64,000 nt of DNA from Fimbriimonadales bacterium (GTDB lineage Bacteria; Armatimonadota; Fimbriimonadia; Fimbriimonadales; GBS-DC). The stretch's first letter is position 1; every line of letters begins with the position of its first letter. The notes beneath the pieces were generated by a model. It searched no databases. It was given only the letters and a program-made list of their open reading frames with translations, and was not told the origin of the DNA. Shown piece after piece: positions 50,522 to 59,726 of this stretch. The position numbers and the translations under genes were made by a program. Where the stretch lies: NCBI GenBank assembly GCA_025061985.1, contig JANXAW010000027.1, positions 4,499 to 68,498 of the forward strand, in the 5' to 3' direction.

Positions 50522-51496
50522 ATGCGGGTACTGGCGGTTTGGGGAGTTTCGCTGGTAGGCGTTTCGCTGATGCTGGTGGGGGCAAAGTTCACAGCGCGGG
50601 CAACGCCCGCCTACAGCGTATCTGACCTACCCAAAACGCGCGGTGATTGCCAAACCTGCCATCCGAACGAAGCCCGCGATTGGGCGGAATCGCGCCACGC
50701 CGCTGCATGGGAGAGCGAAACCTTTGCGCAAGCCTCGCGCAATCGCACACTCAAAATGTGCCTGCCCTGCCACGCCCCAGAGCCGATCCTCCACAAGGGC
50801 TTCGGCGAGCATCCCGCCCTGCGCAACGACGAACGCGCCCACGGCATCGACTGCATCAGCTGCCACCAAGACGCCAATGGCGCGTATCACGGCACTTTGG
50901 GCACGCAAACCGACGCCCACCCTACCGTGAAAAACGAAAAGTTTGGCACGGTGGAAATGTGCGCCACCTGCCACGAGATTTTCGGCACAGTAGACTGGTA
51001 TAAGCAAAGCGAATGGGGCAAAGACCCCCACGGATGTGTGAACTGCCATATGCCCGTCGTGGAGCGACCAATCGCCATGGGCGAGGGCTTGCCCGCCCGC
51101 AAAGCCCGCGTGCATAAGTTCGAAGGCGCCACACCCGAAATGTTCCAGAAGGGCGTCAAAATCAGCCATGAGCGACGCGACGACCTGCTGCAAATCAAAC
51201 TCGAAAGCGTGTGGGTGGGGCACACGGTGCCCACAGGTCCAGAGTATGTTGTGGCGATTGTAGAGGCGCGCTTTATGCGCGGCGATACGGAAGTTGGCAA
51301 GCACCAGACCCTGCTGGCAGACAATACGGCGATTGACGGCAACGATACGCGCCTCAAACCTGGCGAGCGACGGGTCATCCGCACGCCCATCCCAGAAGGG
51401 GCAACCCATGCGGTTGTGCGTGTGCTTCACAAGCGCAACCGCGACCTGCCCGATGAGCAGGCGCGCATTCTCTACGAAGCTGAAGTGCGCTGGTAG
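50522..51496 (+). CDS. pentaheme c-type cytochrome (cytochrome c554/NrfB-like multiheme family)
   Basis: It has an N-terminal hydrophobic signal or anchor. There are five CxxCH motifs: CQTCH, CLPCH, CISCH, CATCH, CVNCH. Confidence 0.85.
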   Translation: MRVLAVWGVSLVGVSLMLVGAKFTARATPAYSVSDLPKTRGDCQTCHPNEARDWAESRHAAAWESETFAQASRNRTLKMCLPCHAPEPILHKGFGEHPALRNDERAHGIDCISCHQDANGAYHGTLGTQTDAHPTVKNEKFGTVEMCATCHEIFGTVDWYKQSEWGKDPHGCVNCHMPVVERPIAMGEGLPARKARVHKFEGATPEMFQKGVKISHERRDDLLQIKLESVWVGHTVPTGPEYVVAIVEARFMRGDTEVGKHQTLLADNTAIDGNDTRLKPGERRVIRTPIPEGATHAVVRVLHKRNRDLPDEQARILYEAEVRW

Positions 51497-51516
51497 CGCG
51501 CAGGGGGCGAAACGCC

Positions 51517-53223
51517 TTGCGCCAGCCCAAGCCGATTCCGTTTGACAGCCTGAGCCTCTACGCCACGCTACACGAGCGTGGCTTCTTTATTGGCGGGCGA
51601 ATCCAAGAGATTCGCCAGCCCGAGCCGCTCACGATTGTGCTCAACATCTACGCCCAGCGCACCGAGCACTGGCTACTCATCTCAGCAGATGCCCAGTTTG
51701 CCCGCATGCACTGCATCAGTCGCAAACTGCCAAATGCCCCCACTCCGCCGCCATTCCTACAGAGCCTGCGCAAGCACATTGAGGGCGGCATCGTCCGCGC
51801 CTGCCACTTGGTGGGCTTTGACCGCATCGTGCAAATGGAGGTGCAAACCCGCGAAGGCGTCTACCGTCTGATGGTGGAGCTAATGGGCAAGCACTCCAAC
51901 GTCATTTTGGTAGAGCCAGTGGGGCTAATTCGCAGCGCGATCAAGTGGGTATCGCCGCGCCAGAGCGAGGCGCGCCCGATTCGGGCAGGCGATCCCTATC
52001 GCCTGCCGCCTACGCGCGTAGAAGGGCTGCGCAATCCCCTCACAATGACCGATGAGGATTGGTACGCCCTCTGGCACGCGATGGGCGAGCCGCGCGACTG
52101 GCAAGCCCACATAGAAGGGCTAAGCCGTTTCACTGCCGACGAACTGGAGGCAATTGCTCAGACGCAGGGGCTATCTGGCATTTTGGAGTGGGCGTACCGG
52201 CTGCGTGAGGGGCTATGGGAGCCAGTTATAGTGCGCGACCCCACCACGCGCCGCGCGTTGGGCGCCTACCCCTTCCGTTGCTTACAGCTTCCTGCTGAGT
52301 GGCAGCACGTGCGCACGAGCGTCAATCTCGCGTGGGAGCAGGCGTTCCATGAGCGAATCCAGCACGCACAGTTTGAGAGCTTGCGTCAGACGCTGCTACC
52401 GAACCTGCGCCGCGCTTTGCAGGCTCGCGAGCGTGCCGTTGCTGACCTTGAACGCGCCCTACACGACACCCAACAAGCCGACCGTTGGCAGCTCTACGGC
52501 GAGCTGATTTTGGCGTTCGGGCATAGCCTATCCCCTGGCGCCACAGTGCTTCACGCCCCCGACTACACGCAACCCGACGCTCCCCTTATTGAAATCCCGC
52601 TCGACCCCGACAAGAGCCTTGTTGAGAACGCGGAGCGATACTTTCAGAAGGCACGACGCGCTCGCGAAAGCCGCGGCGAACTTCAGGCGCGCCTGGAACG
52701 CCTACGCGAGGAACTCACGGCGCTCCATCATACCCTACACACTGCCGAGCAAGCCACCGACGAAGCCACTCTGCGCACCCTGCACGAGCAAGCCAAGCAA
52801 CAGGGTTGGCTCCGCGAGGCGCCACCTGCCCCCACCAAGCGTCCCGAAAAAGACCCCTTTGAGGGGCACAAAATCCGCGTGCACCTCAGCCCCGACGGCT
52901 ACCAAGTGCTGGTAGGCGAGAATGCCCAAGCCAACGACTACCTGCTAACGCGCGTTGCTAAGCCCAACGACTGGTGGTTGCACGTGCGCACGGGCACAGG
53001 CGCGCACGTGATCATCCGCACCAATAACCAACCTGAGCGCGTGCCCAAGAGCACCTTAGAGTTTGCCGCTAAGTTGGCTGCGCAGCATAGCGCCGATAGA
53101 CACGCAGGCGTGGTCGAGGTGGACTACACGCTGCGTAAGTACGTGCGCAAACCCAAAGGTGCGCCCGCAGGCTTTGCGCTCTACACCCACGAAAAGACCC
53201 TGCGCGTGGAACCAAAAGGTTAG
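51517..53223 (+). CDS. rqcH: NFACT-family ribosome quality control protein (RqcH/FbpA-like)
   Basis: NFACT-N pattern FDSLSLYATLHE...GGRIQEIRQP and GKHSNVILV. A central coiled coil follows. NFACT-R/DUF814: DWWLHVRTGTGAHVIIR. TTG start. Confidence 0.8.
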   Translation: MRQPKPIPFDSLSLYATLHERGFFIGGRIQEIRQPEPLTIVLNIYAQRTEHWLLISADAQFARMHCISRKLPNAPTPPPFLQSLRKHIEGGIVRACHLVGFDRIVQMEVQTREGVYRLMVELMGKHSNVILVEPVGLIRSAIKWVSPRQSEARPIRAGDPYRLPPTRVEGLRNPLTMTDEDWYALWHAMGEPRDWQAHIEGLSRFTADELEAIAQTQGLSGILEWAYRLREGLWEPVIVRDPTTRRALGAYPFRCLQLPAEWQHVRTSVNLAWEQAFHERIQHAQFESLRQTLLPNLRRALQARERAVADLERALHDTQQADRWQLYGELILAFGHSLSPGATVLHAPDYTQPDAPLIEIPLDPDKSLVENAERYFQKARRARESRGELQARLERLREELTALHHTLHTAEQATDEATLRTLHEQAKQQGWLREAPPAPTKRPEKDPFEGHKIRVHLSPDGYQVLVGENAQANDYLLTRVAKPNDWWLHVRTGTGAHVIIRTNNQPERVPKSTLEFAAKLAAQHSADRHAGVVEVDYTLRKYVRKPKGAPAGFALYTHEKTLRVEPKG

Positions 53224-53286
53224 CAAATGCCTCGGTTCTGCCTTGGAAAGGGGAACCTGTAGGTGGGGGCGAACAATCTCAGCCCC

Positions 53287-54864
53287 CTAAAAAGTCACGA
53301 TGCGGGCGTTGCCTACACCCTCCATCTGCTGGATCTGCCGAAATGCCTCTGGCGGGATGGGGTTGTCTACCTGCAAGATCATAATCGCGCGCCCGCCTAC
53401 TGACTCGCGCCCTACATGCATCCCCGCAATGTTCACTTGGTAGTTGCCTAGCACGGTGCCCACGCGCCCGATGATGCCAGGGCGGTCTTGGTGCTCAGTC
53501 ATTAGCCAAATCCCTTCGGGGCGGATGTCCACAAATAGGTCGTCTAAGTGGGTAATGCGCAGGTCGCTGCGCCCGAACACTGTGCCCGTGAGCTTGTGCG
53601 AGCTGCGCGAGGTGTAGGCAATCAAGGTGAGCGTATCAGGATAGAGTTCGGTTTCGGGGCGCACGCTCCACTCCAAGTGCACGCCGCGCTGTTGGGCAAT
53701 CAGCGGCGCGTTCACGAGGTTGACAGGGGTATCCGTGGTGCCGCGAAACAGTCCTGCAAGCGCAGCGCGTGCAATCAAATCTAACGGCAAATCGCCCCAC
53801 TCGCCCGCGAATATAGCGTGCACGCGCTCAACGGGCGCGTCTGCGAGCTGGCTATGCAAAATTCCCATTCGCTCCGCAAGCTGAAGGTACGGCTCAACGC
53901 GCGCCATCAGCTCCGCAGGAATTGGGGGGAGGTTCACGGGGCTGCGCGGCGCCTTGCCCTGCAATACCGCTACAATCTGCTCTGCCACATCGATAGCCAC
54001 CTTAACCTGCGCCTCAACTGTGGATGCCCCCAAGTGAGGTGTCAGCACATTTTGCGGCTGGTGCAAGAGCTTGAGGTCAGCAGGAGGTGGCTCCACTGGA
54101 AACACATCGAGCGCAGCGCCCGCCACATGCCCCGACTCAATGAACTCAGCTAAGGCGTCGGCATCAATCAGCTCACCCCGCGCACAGTTCACAATCCGCA
54201 CACCAGGCTTGGTAAGCGCGAGCGTATCGCGATTGAGCAGATTGCGTGTCTCAGGTGTCAGCGGCGCATGAAGGCTGATGAAATCGCTCTCGCGCAAGAG
54301 TGTCTCCAGCGTGACGGGTTCTGCTCCGACTTGGCGCATCTGCGACTCTGCCACGTAGGGGTCATAGGCGAGCACGCGCATGCCAAATGCTCGTGCACGG
54401 CGCGCCACCTCGCGCCCGATCTTGCCTAAGCCGATGATCCCCAGCGTCTTGCGCGAAAGCTCCACGCCCACAAACCGCGTGCGTTGCCATTCTCCTGCGC
54501 GAAGCGAGCGATCCGCTTGCGGAATGTGGCGCGCCAGCGCCAGTAGGTGCGCCATTGTAAGCTCCGCCGCTGCGATTGTGTTGCCCTCAGGCGAGTTGAC
54601 CACCACAATGCCGCGGCGCGTGGCGGTTTCCACGTCAATGTTATCCACGCCTACGCCAGCGCGCCCAATCACTTTGAGGCGCACGCCTGCCTCAATCACA
54701 GGGGCGTCCACGCGCGTCTGCGAACGTACCATCAGCGCGTCATATGCGCCAATAATCTGCAGAAGCGTCTCACGAGGCAGGTTGGGGTGATAGTCCACTT
54801 CAGCGGCTTGGCGCAGCACCGCCAGCCCTTCCTCTGCGATCGCATCACTGACCAGCACGCGCAT
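53287..54864 (-). CDS. serA: D-3-phosphoglycerate dehydrogenase with C-terminal ASB/ACT domains
   Basis: MRVLVSD..., NAD fold LGIIGLGKIGREVARRA, catalytic region NCARGELID...TPHLGAST, and a C-terminal ACT-like segment. Confidence 0.9.
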   Translation of the reverse strand: MRVLVSDAIAEEGLAVLRQAAEVDYHPNLPRETLLQIIGAYDALMVRSQTRVDAPVIEAGVRLKVIGRAGVGVDNIDVETATRRGIVVVNSPEGNTIAAAELTMAHLLALARHIPQADRSLRAGEWQRTRFVGVELSRKTLGIIGLGKIGREVARRARAFGMRVLAYDPYVAESQMRQVGAEPVTLETLLRESDFISLHAPLTPETRNLLNRDTLALTKPGVRIVNCARGELIDADALAEFIESGHVAGAALDVFPVEPPPADLKLLHQPQNVLTPHLGASTVEAQVKVAIDVAEQIVAVLQGKAPRSPVNLPPIPAELMARVEPYLQLAERMGILHSQLADAPVERVHAIFAGEWGDLPLDLIARAALAGLFRGTTDTPVNLVNAPLIAQQRGVHLEWSVRPETELYPDTLTLIAYTSRSSHKLTGTVFGRSDLRITHLDDLFVDIRPEGIWLMTEHQDRPGIIGRVGTVLGNYQVNIAGMHVGRESVGGRAIMILQVDNPIPPEAFRQIQQMEGVGNARIVTF

Positions 54865-54962
54865 CGTGCCGATTTTACCTAACCCTAAGGCGGTTGCTTA
54901 AAGGGTAGGCATGAGGTATACAAATGTCTACCGCCTCATCCTACAAAGATGGAGGCAAGGCA

Positions 54963-55376
54963 ATGCAAGCCAAGGAGCTGGAGTTTTTGATTGCATCGGA
55001 ACGCAATAGCGAGTATCCGTTCACGCGCGAAGACTCCTTTGAACGCAAACTACGTCGGCACCGCAAATTGCATGCGCAGTTGGGGGAGCTTTTGGACACG
55101 CAGCAACGCGCCATCGCCTATCTGGAACGAGTGGAGATGGAGTGCTTGCTGCAGCGGGCGGAGCTGACTCCGCGCCAGCGCTACGTGTGCGAGCAATACC
55201 TGAACGGCTTGACCTTACGCGAAATCGGCAAGCGGATGGGGATTTCCAAGCAAGCAGCCGCGAAAACGCTCAAGTTCGCGCTTCTCAAGCTCAAGAAGGC
55301 ATGGCGCACCAACCCGTTTCACGGACTGGCAGAAGTGTATCGACTTGAAACCACGCGCTATAGTGGGCGACGTTGA
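54963..55376 (+). CDS. small sigma-70 region-4-like HTH protein
   Basis: LTPRQRYVCEQYLNGLTLREIGKRMGISKQAAAKTLKFALLKLKK. The start chosen is ATG 54963, 7 nt after GGAGG. The track ORF starts at 54924. Confidence 0.6.
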   Translation: MQAKELEFLIASERNSEYPFTREDSFERKLRRHRKLHAQLGELLDTQQRAIAYLERVEMECLLQRAELTPRQRYVCEQYLNGLTLREIGKRMGISKQAAAKTLKFALLKLKKAWRTNPFHGLAEVYRLETTRYSGRR

Positions 55377-55384
55377 AAAGATTG

Positions 55385-55393
55385 TGGTATAAT
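55385..55393 (+). promoter_or_regulatory. extended -10 promoter (TGgTATAAT)
   Basis: TGGTATAAT is a perfect extended -10. It lies about 110 nt upstream of the PEP-CTERM gene start. Confidence 0.45.
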
Positions 55394-55407
55394 GTACATG
55401 CGCATAC

Positions 55408-55480
55408 GTGCGGCCCGAAGCTGCGCAGGGGCAATCGCTGTTGCCCCAAGAAGTTGGCCCTGTTCGCTCCAGGGCCGCAC
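55408..55480 (+). promoter_or_regulatory. structured 5' leader (nested hairpins) of the PEP-CTERM gene
   Basis: The outer 9-bp stem is GTGCGGCCC...GGGCCGCAC. It encloses the inner 7-bp hairpin GGGGCAA-TCGCTG-TTGCCCC. The SD GGAAAGGAGGA follows at 55490-55500. Confidence 0.4.
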
Positions 55481-55504
55481 CACAACATCGGAAAGGAGGA
55501 TACT

Positions 55505-56125
55505 ATGCGACGGGTATTGCTAGCAGTTGCGGTAAGCGCGCTGATTGCAGGTGCATACGCGCAGTGGAATGTCATAATAATCCAGAGTCAGGGTGTGCTG
55601 AACCCTGGTGGTGTCCAGACTTCGGTACCAGCCCAAGTGTTTGTCAACCCCTTGCCCCAGGTGACCTTCCTGACAGCTGCGGGCAACCCGCATCCCATCT
55701 TGGTAGGTGATGGCACAAGTTTTACTAACGCTAGTTACAGCGCTACCTACCGAATTCAAGCCACAGCGGGTGGGCAGCTGACGGGGTTCAACTTTGTCAT
55801 TTCTGCTTTCTTGCAAGGGAGTGCTCAGATCACCTGGCAGAAGAAGGTTGTACGCACTGCCGACAACGCTATCCTGTACAACCAGACGGACACGATCACG
55901 GGCAGTGGCCCGATCGTTGTGTCGCTGCCTGTTTCCCTGCCAGCGCCTGCAAGCGATGTAACCGTGTATGAGGATTTCAGCTTGTCCATCTCAGGTCCTG
56001 CGCCCGGTACGGATACCGCTTCGTTGCTGTTGGTGCAGCAAGACTGGGTGCCTGAGCCAGCGAGCTTGTTGGCGCTGGGTGCAGGCTTGGCTGGGTTGAT
56101 TGGGTTGCGCCGACGCATCCGCTAA
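55505..56125 (+). CDS. PEP-CTERM sorting-domain protein
   Basis: Signal peptide MRRVLLAVAVSALIAGAYAQ. C-terminus VPEPASLLALGAGLAGLIGLRRRIR, which is a PEP motif, a TM helix and an Arg cluster. The track start at 55373 was rejected. Confidence 0.8.
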   Translation: MRRVLLAVAVSALIAGAYAQWNVIIIQSQGVLNPGGVQTSVPAQVFVNPLPQVTFLTAAGNPHPILVGDGTSFTNASYSATYRIQATAGGQLTGFNFVISAFLQGSAQITWQKKVVRTADNAILYNQTDTITGSGPIVVSLPVSLPAPASDVTVYEDFSLSISGPAPGTDTASLLLVQQDWVPEPASLLALGAGLAGLIGLRRRIR

Positions 56126-56155
56126 GCGCGGACTTCTGCAGAGGTCGCGCGGTAT

Positions 56156-56179
56156 GGGGCTGGCAACCCTGCCAGCCCC
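56156..56179 (+). terminator. rho-independent-like terminator after the PEP-CTERM gene
   Basis: GGGGCTGGCA / ACCC / TGCCAGCCCC forms a perfect 10-bp stem, followed by GCGCGCGTATTTATT. Confidence 0.55.
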
Positions 56180-56200
56180 GCGCGCGTATTTATTACGGGG

Positions 56201-56590
56201 ATGGCAACGCCCAAGGATGCGCACCATTGGCTGCTGTGGGATGGCGCATGTGGCTTTTGCGCGTGGGTTGTGGCACAAGTGCGCCGACGCGACACCCAAG
56301 GGCGGTTCCGAATTGTGCCCTTCCAGAGCGCTCCACCTGAACTGGTGCAGCAGGTTTCGCTCGAATCACTTCAGCGCGCTTTGCATGTCATCACTGCCGA
56401 TGGACGCATCTTGCGAGCAGGGCGTGCTGTGCTGTTTATCGGTGAGCAGCTGGGCTACGGCTGGCTAACACGCCCCCTAAGCGTGCCTCCACTTGTGTGG
56501 CTCGTCGAGGGGGTATACTGGCTAATAGCGCGTGTGCGAGGGAAGCTGAGCCAATGGCTACGCTGCAGCGAGACCGAGTGCCTCCGATAG
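56201..56590 (+). CDS. thiol-disulfide oxidoreductase DCC family (DUF393)
   Basis: WLLWDGACGFCAWVV matches the DxxCxxC signature of the family. Size about 130 aa. Confidence 0.75.
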   Translation: MATPKDAHHWLLWDGACGFCAWVVAQVRRRDTQGRFRIVPFQSAPPELVQQVSLESLQRALHVITADGRILRAGRAVLFIGEQLGYGWLTRPLSVPPLVWLVEGVYWLIARVRGKLSQWLRCSETECLR

Positions 56591-57312
56591 ATGAGGGTGC
56601 ATGGCGTCCTGTGCTAAGCATGCGCTGGCAGCACCTGCTGTTTGTGCACTGGCGCGTGCTGCCCGAGACTCTGCGCCCACTCATCCCCGAGCCGCTGCAA
56701 ATAGACACTTACGACGGCTATGCATGGGTTGGGTTTGTGCCGTTTATGATGACCTACGTGCGCCCTGTGTGGTTGCCCCCAATTCCCAAACTGTTCGATT
56801 TCCCCGAAGCAAACATCCGCACTTATGTGCGCTATGGTGAGCAGCGTGGGGTGTGGTTCTTCAGCTTAGATGCGGCGCATCGGCTCGGCGTGTGGGTCGC
56901 CCGACGCTTCTGGCGATTGCCGTACTACTACGCCCGCATGCATTGGCACAAACCCGCTCCCGACCAGATCTTGTTTGAAACCCGTCGTCGGGGGCGAGTC
57001 TCCGCCTACGCCCGCGTGCACTATGCCATTGAGGGCACACCCAAGGAAACCCGCCCCGATACGCTGGAGCATTTCTTAGTAGAACGCTACACCCTGTTCA
57101 CTGTTTACCGCGACGAACTCTATCGCGCCGAGGTAGCGCACATCCCCTACGCCATCCAACCCGCACAGATTATCGAACTGGAGCAGACACTCACCGACGC
57201 CGTAGGCATCCTTATTACCGAAGCCCCAGCCATCGCGTTTTACGCGCCTGGCTTTGGTGTGCTGGCTTCGGGACTGCAGCGCGTTTCAGTAGCAAGCCCC
57301 ATGCATCCGTGA
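56554..57312 (+). CDS. DUF2071 (YqjF-like) family protein
   Basis: MRWQHLLFVHWRV.PE.LRPLIPEPLQIDTYDGYAWVGFVPFMM matches the family N-terminus. An internal Met was chosen as the start, which leaves a 37-nt overlap with the DCC gene. Confidence 0.65.
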   Translation: MATLQRDRVPPIDEGAWRPVLSMRWQHLLFVHWRVLPETLRPLIPEPLQIDTYDGYAWVGFVPFMMTYVRPVWLPPIPKLFDFPEANIRTYVRYGEQRGVWFFSLDAAHRLGVWVARRFWRLPYYYARMHWHKPAPDQILFETRRRGRVSAYARVHYAIEGTPKETRPDTLEHFLVERYTLFTVYRDELYRAEVAHIPYAIQPAQIIELEQTLTDAVGILITEAPAIAFYAPGFGVLASGLQRVSVASPMHP

Positions 57313-57406
57313 TGCGCCTCAACTACCACAAAATGTAGGACTAAACTGGCGCAAGTCGGAACGAAGTACCGCAGGAGTCGCCCCACTTAGGGGGAACAAG
57401 GGTAGT

Positions 57407-58207
57407 ATGGCAAAGCGCGGCGTAATGGAAGTATCACTGATCTTCCCCGAGCCCGAGGTGATTCGGCGCTACTACAAGGGGCTAATTTACCTTGCAGCGC
57501 GCACCTGCTACAGCGAAAAAACACCCCAGCAAATTTGGGAGGAGTACCTCGCCGACAAAACGCCTCCCGAGCGCGTGATGCGCTTGATTGAGCATGTGAT
57601 TGAGTCAGGGCATCACAGCACGATAGAGCACATTAGCTTCACCTTTGCGATTTCGGGCGTAAGTCGCGCGCTTTCGCACCAGCTGGTGCGCCACCGTATC
57701 GGCGTAGCTTTTGACCAGCAAAGCCAACGCTATGTGAAATACAAAGAGCCACAATATGTCACGCCCCCCAGCATCGAGGCAAACCCCGAAGCCCTGCGCG
57801 AGTTCGAACGCCTACGCGATATCAGCGAGGAGATCTACCACCGCCTCTTAGAACAAGGCATCCCCGCGGAAGACGCCCGCTTCGTGTTTCCCAACGCCGT
57901 GACGACGAACCTTGTGATGACGGTGAACCTGCGCCAACTGATACACATGGCAGGGCTGCGTCTCTGCACCTTAGCTCAATGGGAGATCCGCCAGCTGTTT
58001 AAGCTCATTCGCAAGGAGCTGATGGCAGTCGACCCCTACTTTGGGCGATTGCTGGTGCCTAAGTGTGTGCCCCTTGGCTACTGTGACGAAAAGCGCAACG
58101 AGGATGAACACTGCAAAATCCGCCCGCACAAAAACTCGGTGTTTCGCGTGTGGGAGCTGTATAAGCGCGGGCAGTTGGTAGAGCGCAATCCTACCGAGCC
58201 AACCTAG
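57407..58207 (+). CDS. thyX: FAD-dependent thymidylate synthase
   Basis: GHHSTIEHISFTF and the ThyX motif RHRIGVAFDQQSQRY. Confidence 0.9.
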   Translation: MAKRGVMEVSLIFPEPEVIRRYYKGLIYLAARTCYSEKTPQQIWEEYLADKTPPERVMRLIEHVIESGHHSTIEHISFTFAISGVSRALSHQLVRHRIGVAFDQQSQRYVKYKEPQYVTPPSIEANPEALREFERLRDISEEIYHRLLEQGIPAEDARFVFPNAVTTNLVMTVNLRQLIHMAGLRLCTLAQWEIRQLFKLIRKELMAVDPYFGRLLVPKCVPLGYCDEKRNEDEHCKIRPHKNSVFRVWELYKRGQLVERNPTEPT

Positions 58208-58227
58208 CAAGCAGGTAGAATCAGGCG

Positions 58228-59100
58228 ATGGCTTGGGATGGGGTGCCCACAGAAGTACTGGCGCGGTTAGAACGCTATCGCTTGCAGCCTAAGCGCACGC
58301 ATGCAGCTGCCGTTCGTGGCGAGCGATTGTCGCCGCGCAAAGGCATCTCCATCGAGTTCGCCGACTACCGCCACTATGTGCCAGGCGACGACCTGCGCCA
58401 TTTGGATTGGAACATCTTAGCTCGCCTCGATCGCCCCTACCTGCGCACCTATCAAGACGAGCAAGAATTGCCTGTGCACTTGCTGTTGGATTGCTCGGCT
58501 TCGATGGCGTTTGGCGAGCCGACAAAGTTCGACGCCGCGCGCACTCTGGCAGCGTGTTTGGGCTACATTGGGCTAATCGCAGGCGACGCAGTGTATCCTA
58601 CGGCGCTCCATCATCAGCCTATCGAGGCGCGCCCCTTGCGTGGGCGCGCGGCGTTCGGTCGCTTGGTGGAATGGCTACGCACGCGCCAGCCCGATGGCAA
58701 ACACTTGGCAGCCAGCCTCCAGCGTTTCGCGCACGCCAACCTGCCTACTGGCATGGTGTTCCTGCTCAGCGACGGGTTGGATGAAACGCTTCCCGATGCC
58801 CTCCGTGCTTTGGGCGGGCGCCGCCACGAAGTGGTGTTCTTGCATATCCTCTCTGAAGTGGAGCTGAATCCCGACTTGGAGGGCGACCTTCGGCTTATTG
58901 ACGCCGAAACGGGCGAGGCAGTAGACATCACTGCCACCAGCGGCGTGCTACAGGAGTACCAGCGGCGGCTGAAAGCGCACCTGTACGCCCTGCAAGATGC
59001 CTGTCGCCGAATCGGAGCGCACTATATCCAGGTGCGCAACACCACTCCCGCCCACGAGGTGATTATCCGCGAGCTGCTGGCGCGCGGGGTGATAAGCTAA
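58228..59100 (+). CDS. DUF58 family protein (vWA-like, usually MoxR-associated)
   Basis: GISIEFADYRHYVPGDDLRHLDWNILARLDRPYLRTYQDEQELPVHLLLDCSASM. Confidence 0.8.
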   Translation: MAWDGVPTEVLARLERYRLQPKRTHAAAVRGERLSPRKGISIEFADYRHYVPGDDLRHLDWNILARLDRPYLRTYQDEQELPVHLLLDCSASMAFGEPTKFDAARTLAACLGYIGLIAGDAVYPTALHHQPIEARPLRGRAAFGRLVEWLRTRQPDGKHLAASLQRFAHANLPTGMVFLLSDGLDETLPDALRALGGRRHEVVFLHILSEVELNPDLEGDLRLIDAETGEAVDITATSGVLQEYQRRLKAHLYALQDACRRIGAHYIQVRNTTPAHEVIIRELLARGVIS

Positions 59101-59126
59101 ACGGCGCGGGCTGGGGGTTGAATTGC

Positions 59127-59723
59127 TCACAGCTCCTGCCGACCGCTGAGCGCGTAGCCCAAGGTGGCAGCATCGGCGTAGTCTAGCTCGCCTCCAACAG
59201 GCATCCCGTAAGCGATGCGGGTTACGCGCACCCCCATCGGCTTGAGTAGGCGCGCGATGTAAAGCGCCGTGGCATCCCCCTCCACATTCGCGGGTGTGGC
59301 TAAGATAACCTCGCGTGGGCGTTCTGTGCGCACACGCTCGACCAGCTCACCGATTTTAAGGTCTTCAGGCTGCACGCCCTCCGCAGGCGAAATTAGCCCG
59401 TGCAGCACATGGTACAGCCCGCGGTACTGCTCTAGCCGCTCTATGGCTACGACATCACGCGGGTCAGCGACGACGCAAATCGTGTCGGCGTCACGGGAGG
59501 GGTCACGGCAGATTTCGCAGAGATCATCCTCGCTGAGGAAAAAGCAGCGTTGGCATAGGCGCGTGCGCTGACGCGCTTGCACAAGGCTCTCGGCAAGGCG
59601 CACTATCTCTTCCTCAGGGCGGCGGAGAAGGTAGAGCGCGAGTCGCTGGGCAGAGCGAGTGCCAATGCCTGGCAATCGCTCTAGCTGTTGCATCAATTGG
59701 CGCAAAGTGGGCGGGAACAGCAT
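59127..59723 (-). CDS. recR: recombination protein RecR
   Basis: HhH motif LPGIGTRSAQRLA, zinc finger CQRCFFLSEDDLCEIC, and a Toprim region. Confidence 0.9.
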   Translation of the reverse strand: MLFPPTLRQLMQQLERLPGIGTRSAQRLALYLLRRPEEEIVRLAESLVQARQRTRLCQRCFFLSEDDLCEICRDPSRDADTICVVADPRDVVAIERLEQYRGLYHVLHGLISPAEGVQPEDLKIGELVERVRTERPREVILATPANVEGDATALYIARLLKPMGVRVTRIAYGMPVGGELDYADAATLGYALSGRQEL

Positions 59724-59726
59724 CTG

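Noticed and set aside
53265-53287. Hairpin GGGGGC-N11-GCCCCC between rqcH and serA as a terminator
   Set aside because: The stem is only 6 bp. It overlaps the serA stop codon and has no U-run on either strand. This is too weak to call.
55408-55480. Identification of the PEP-CTERM leader as a c-di-GMP (GEMM) riboswitch
   Set aside because: The nested hairpins are real. I could not match the GEMM-I or GEMM-II conserved cores (GCAAA tetraloop-receptor and ACGCAAAGC-type elements). It is kept only as an unclassified structured leader.
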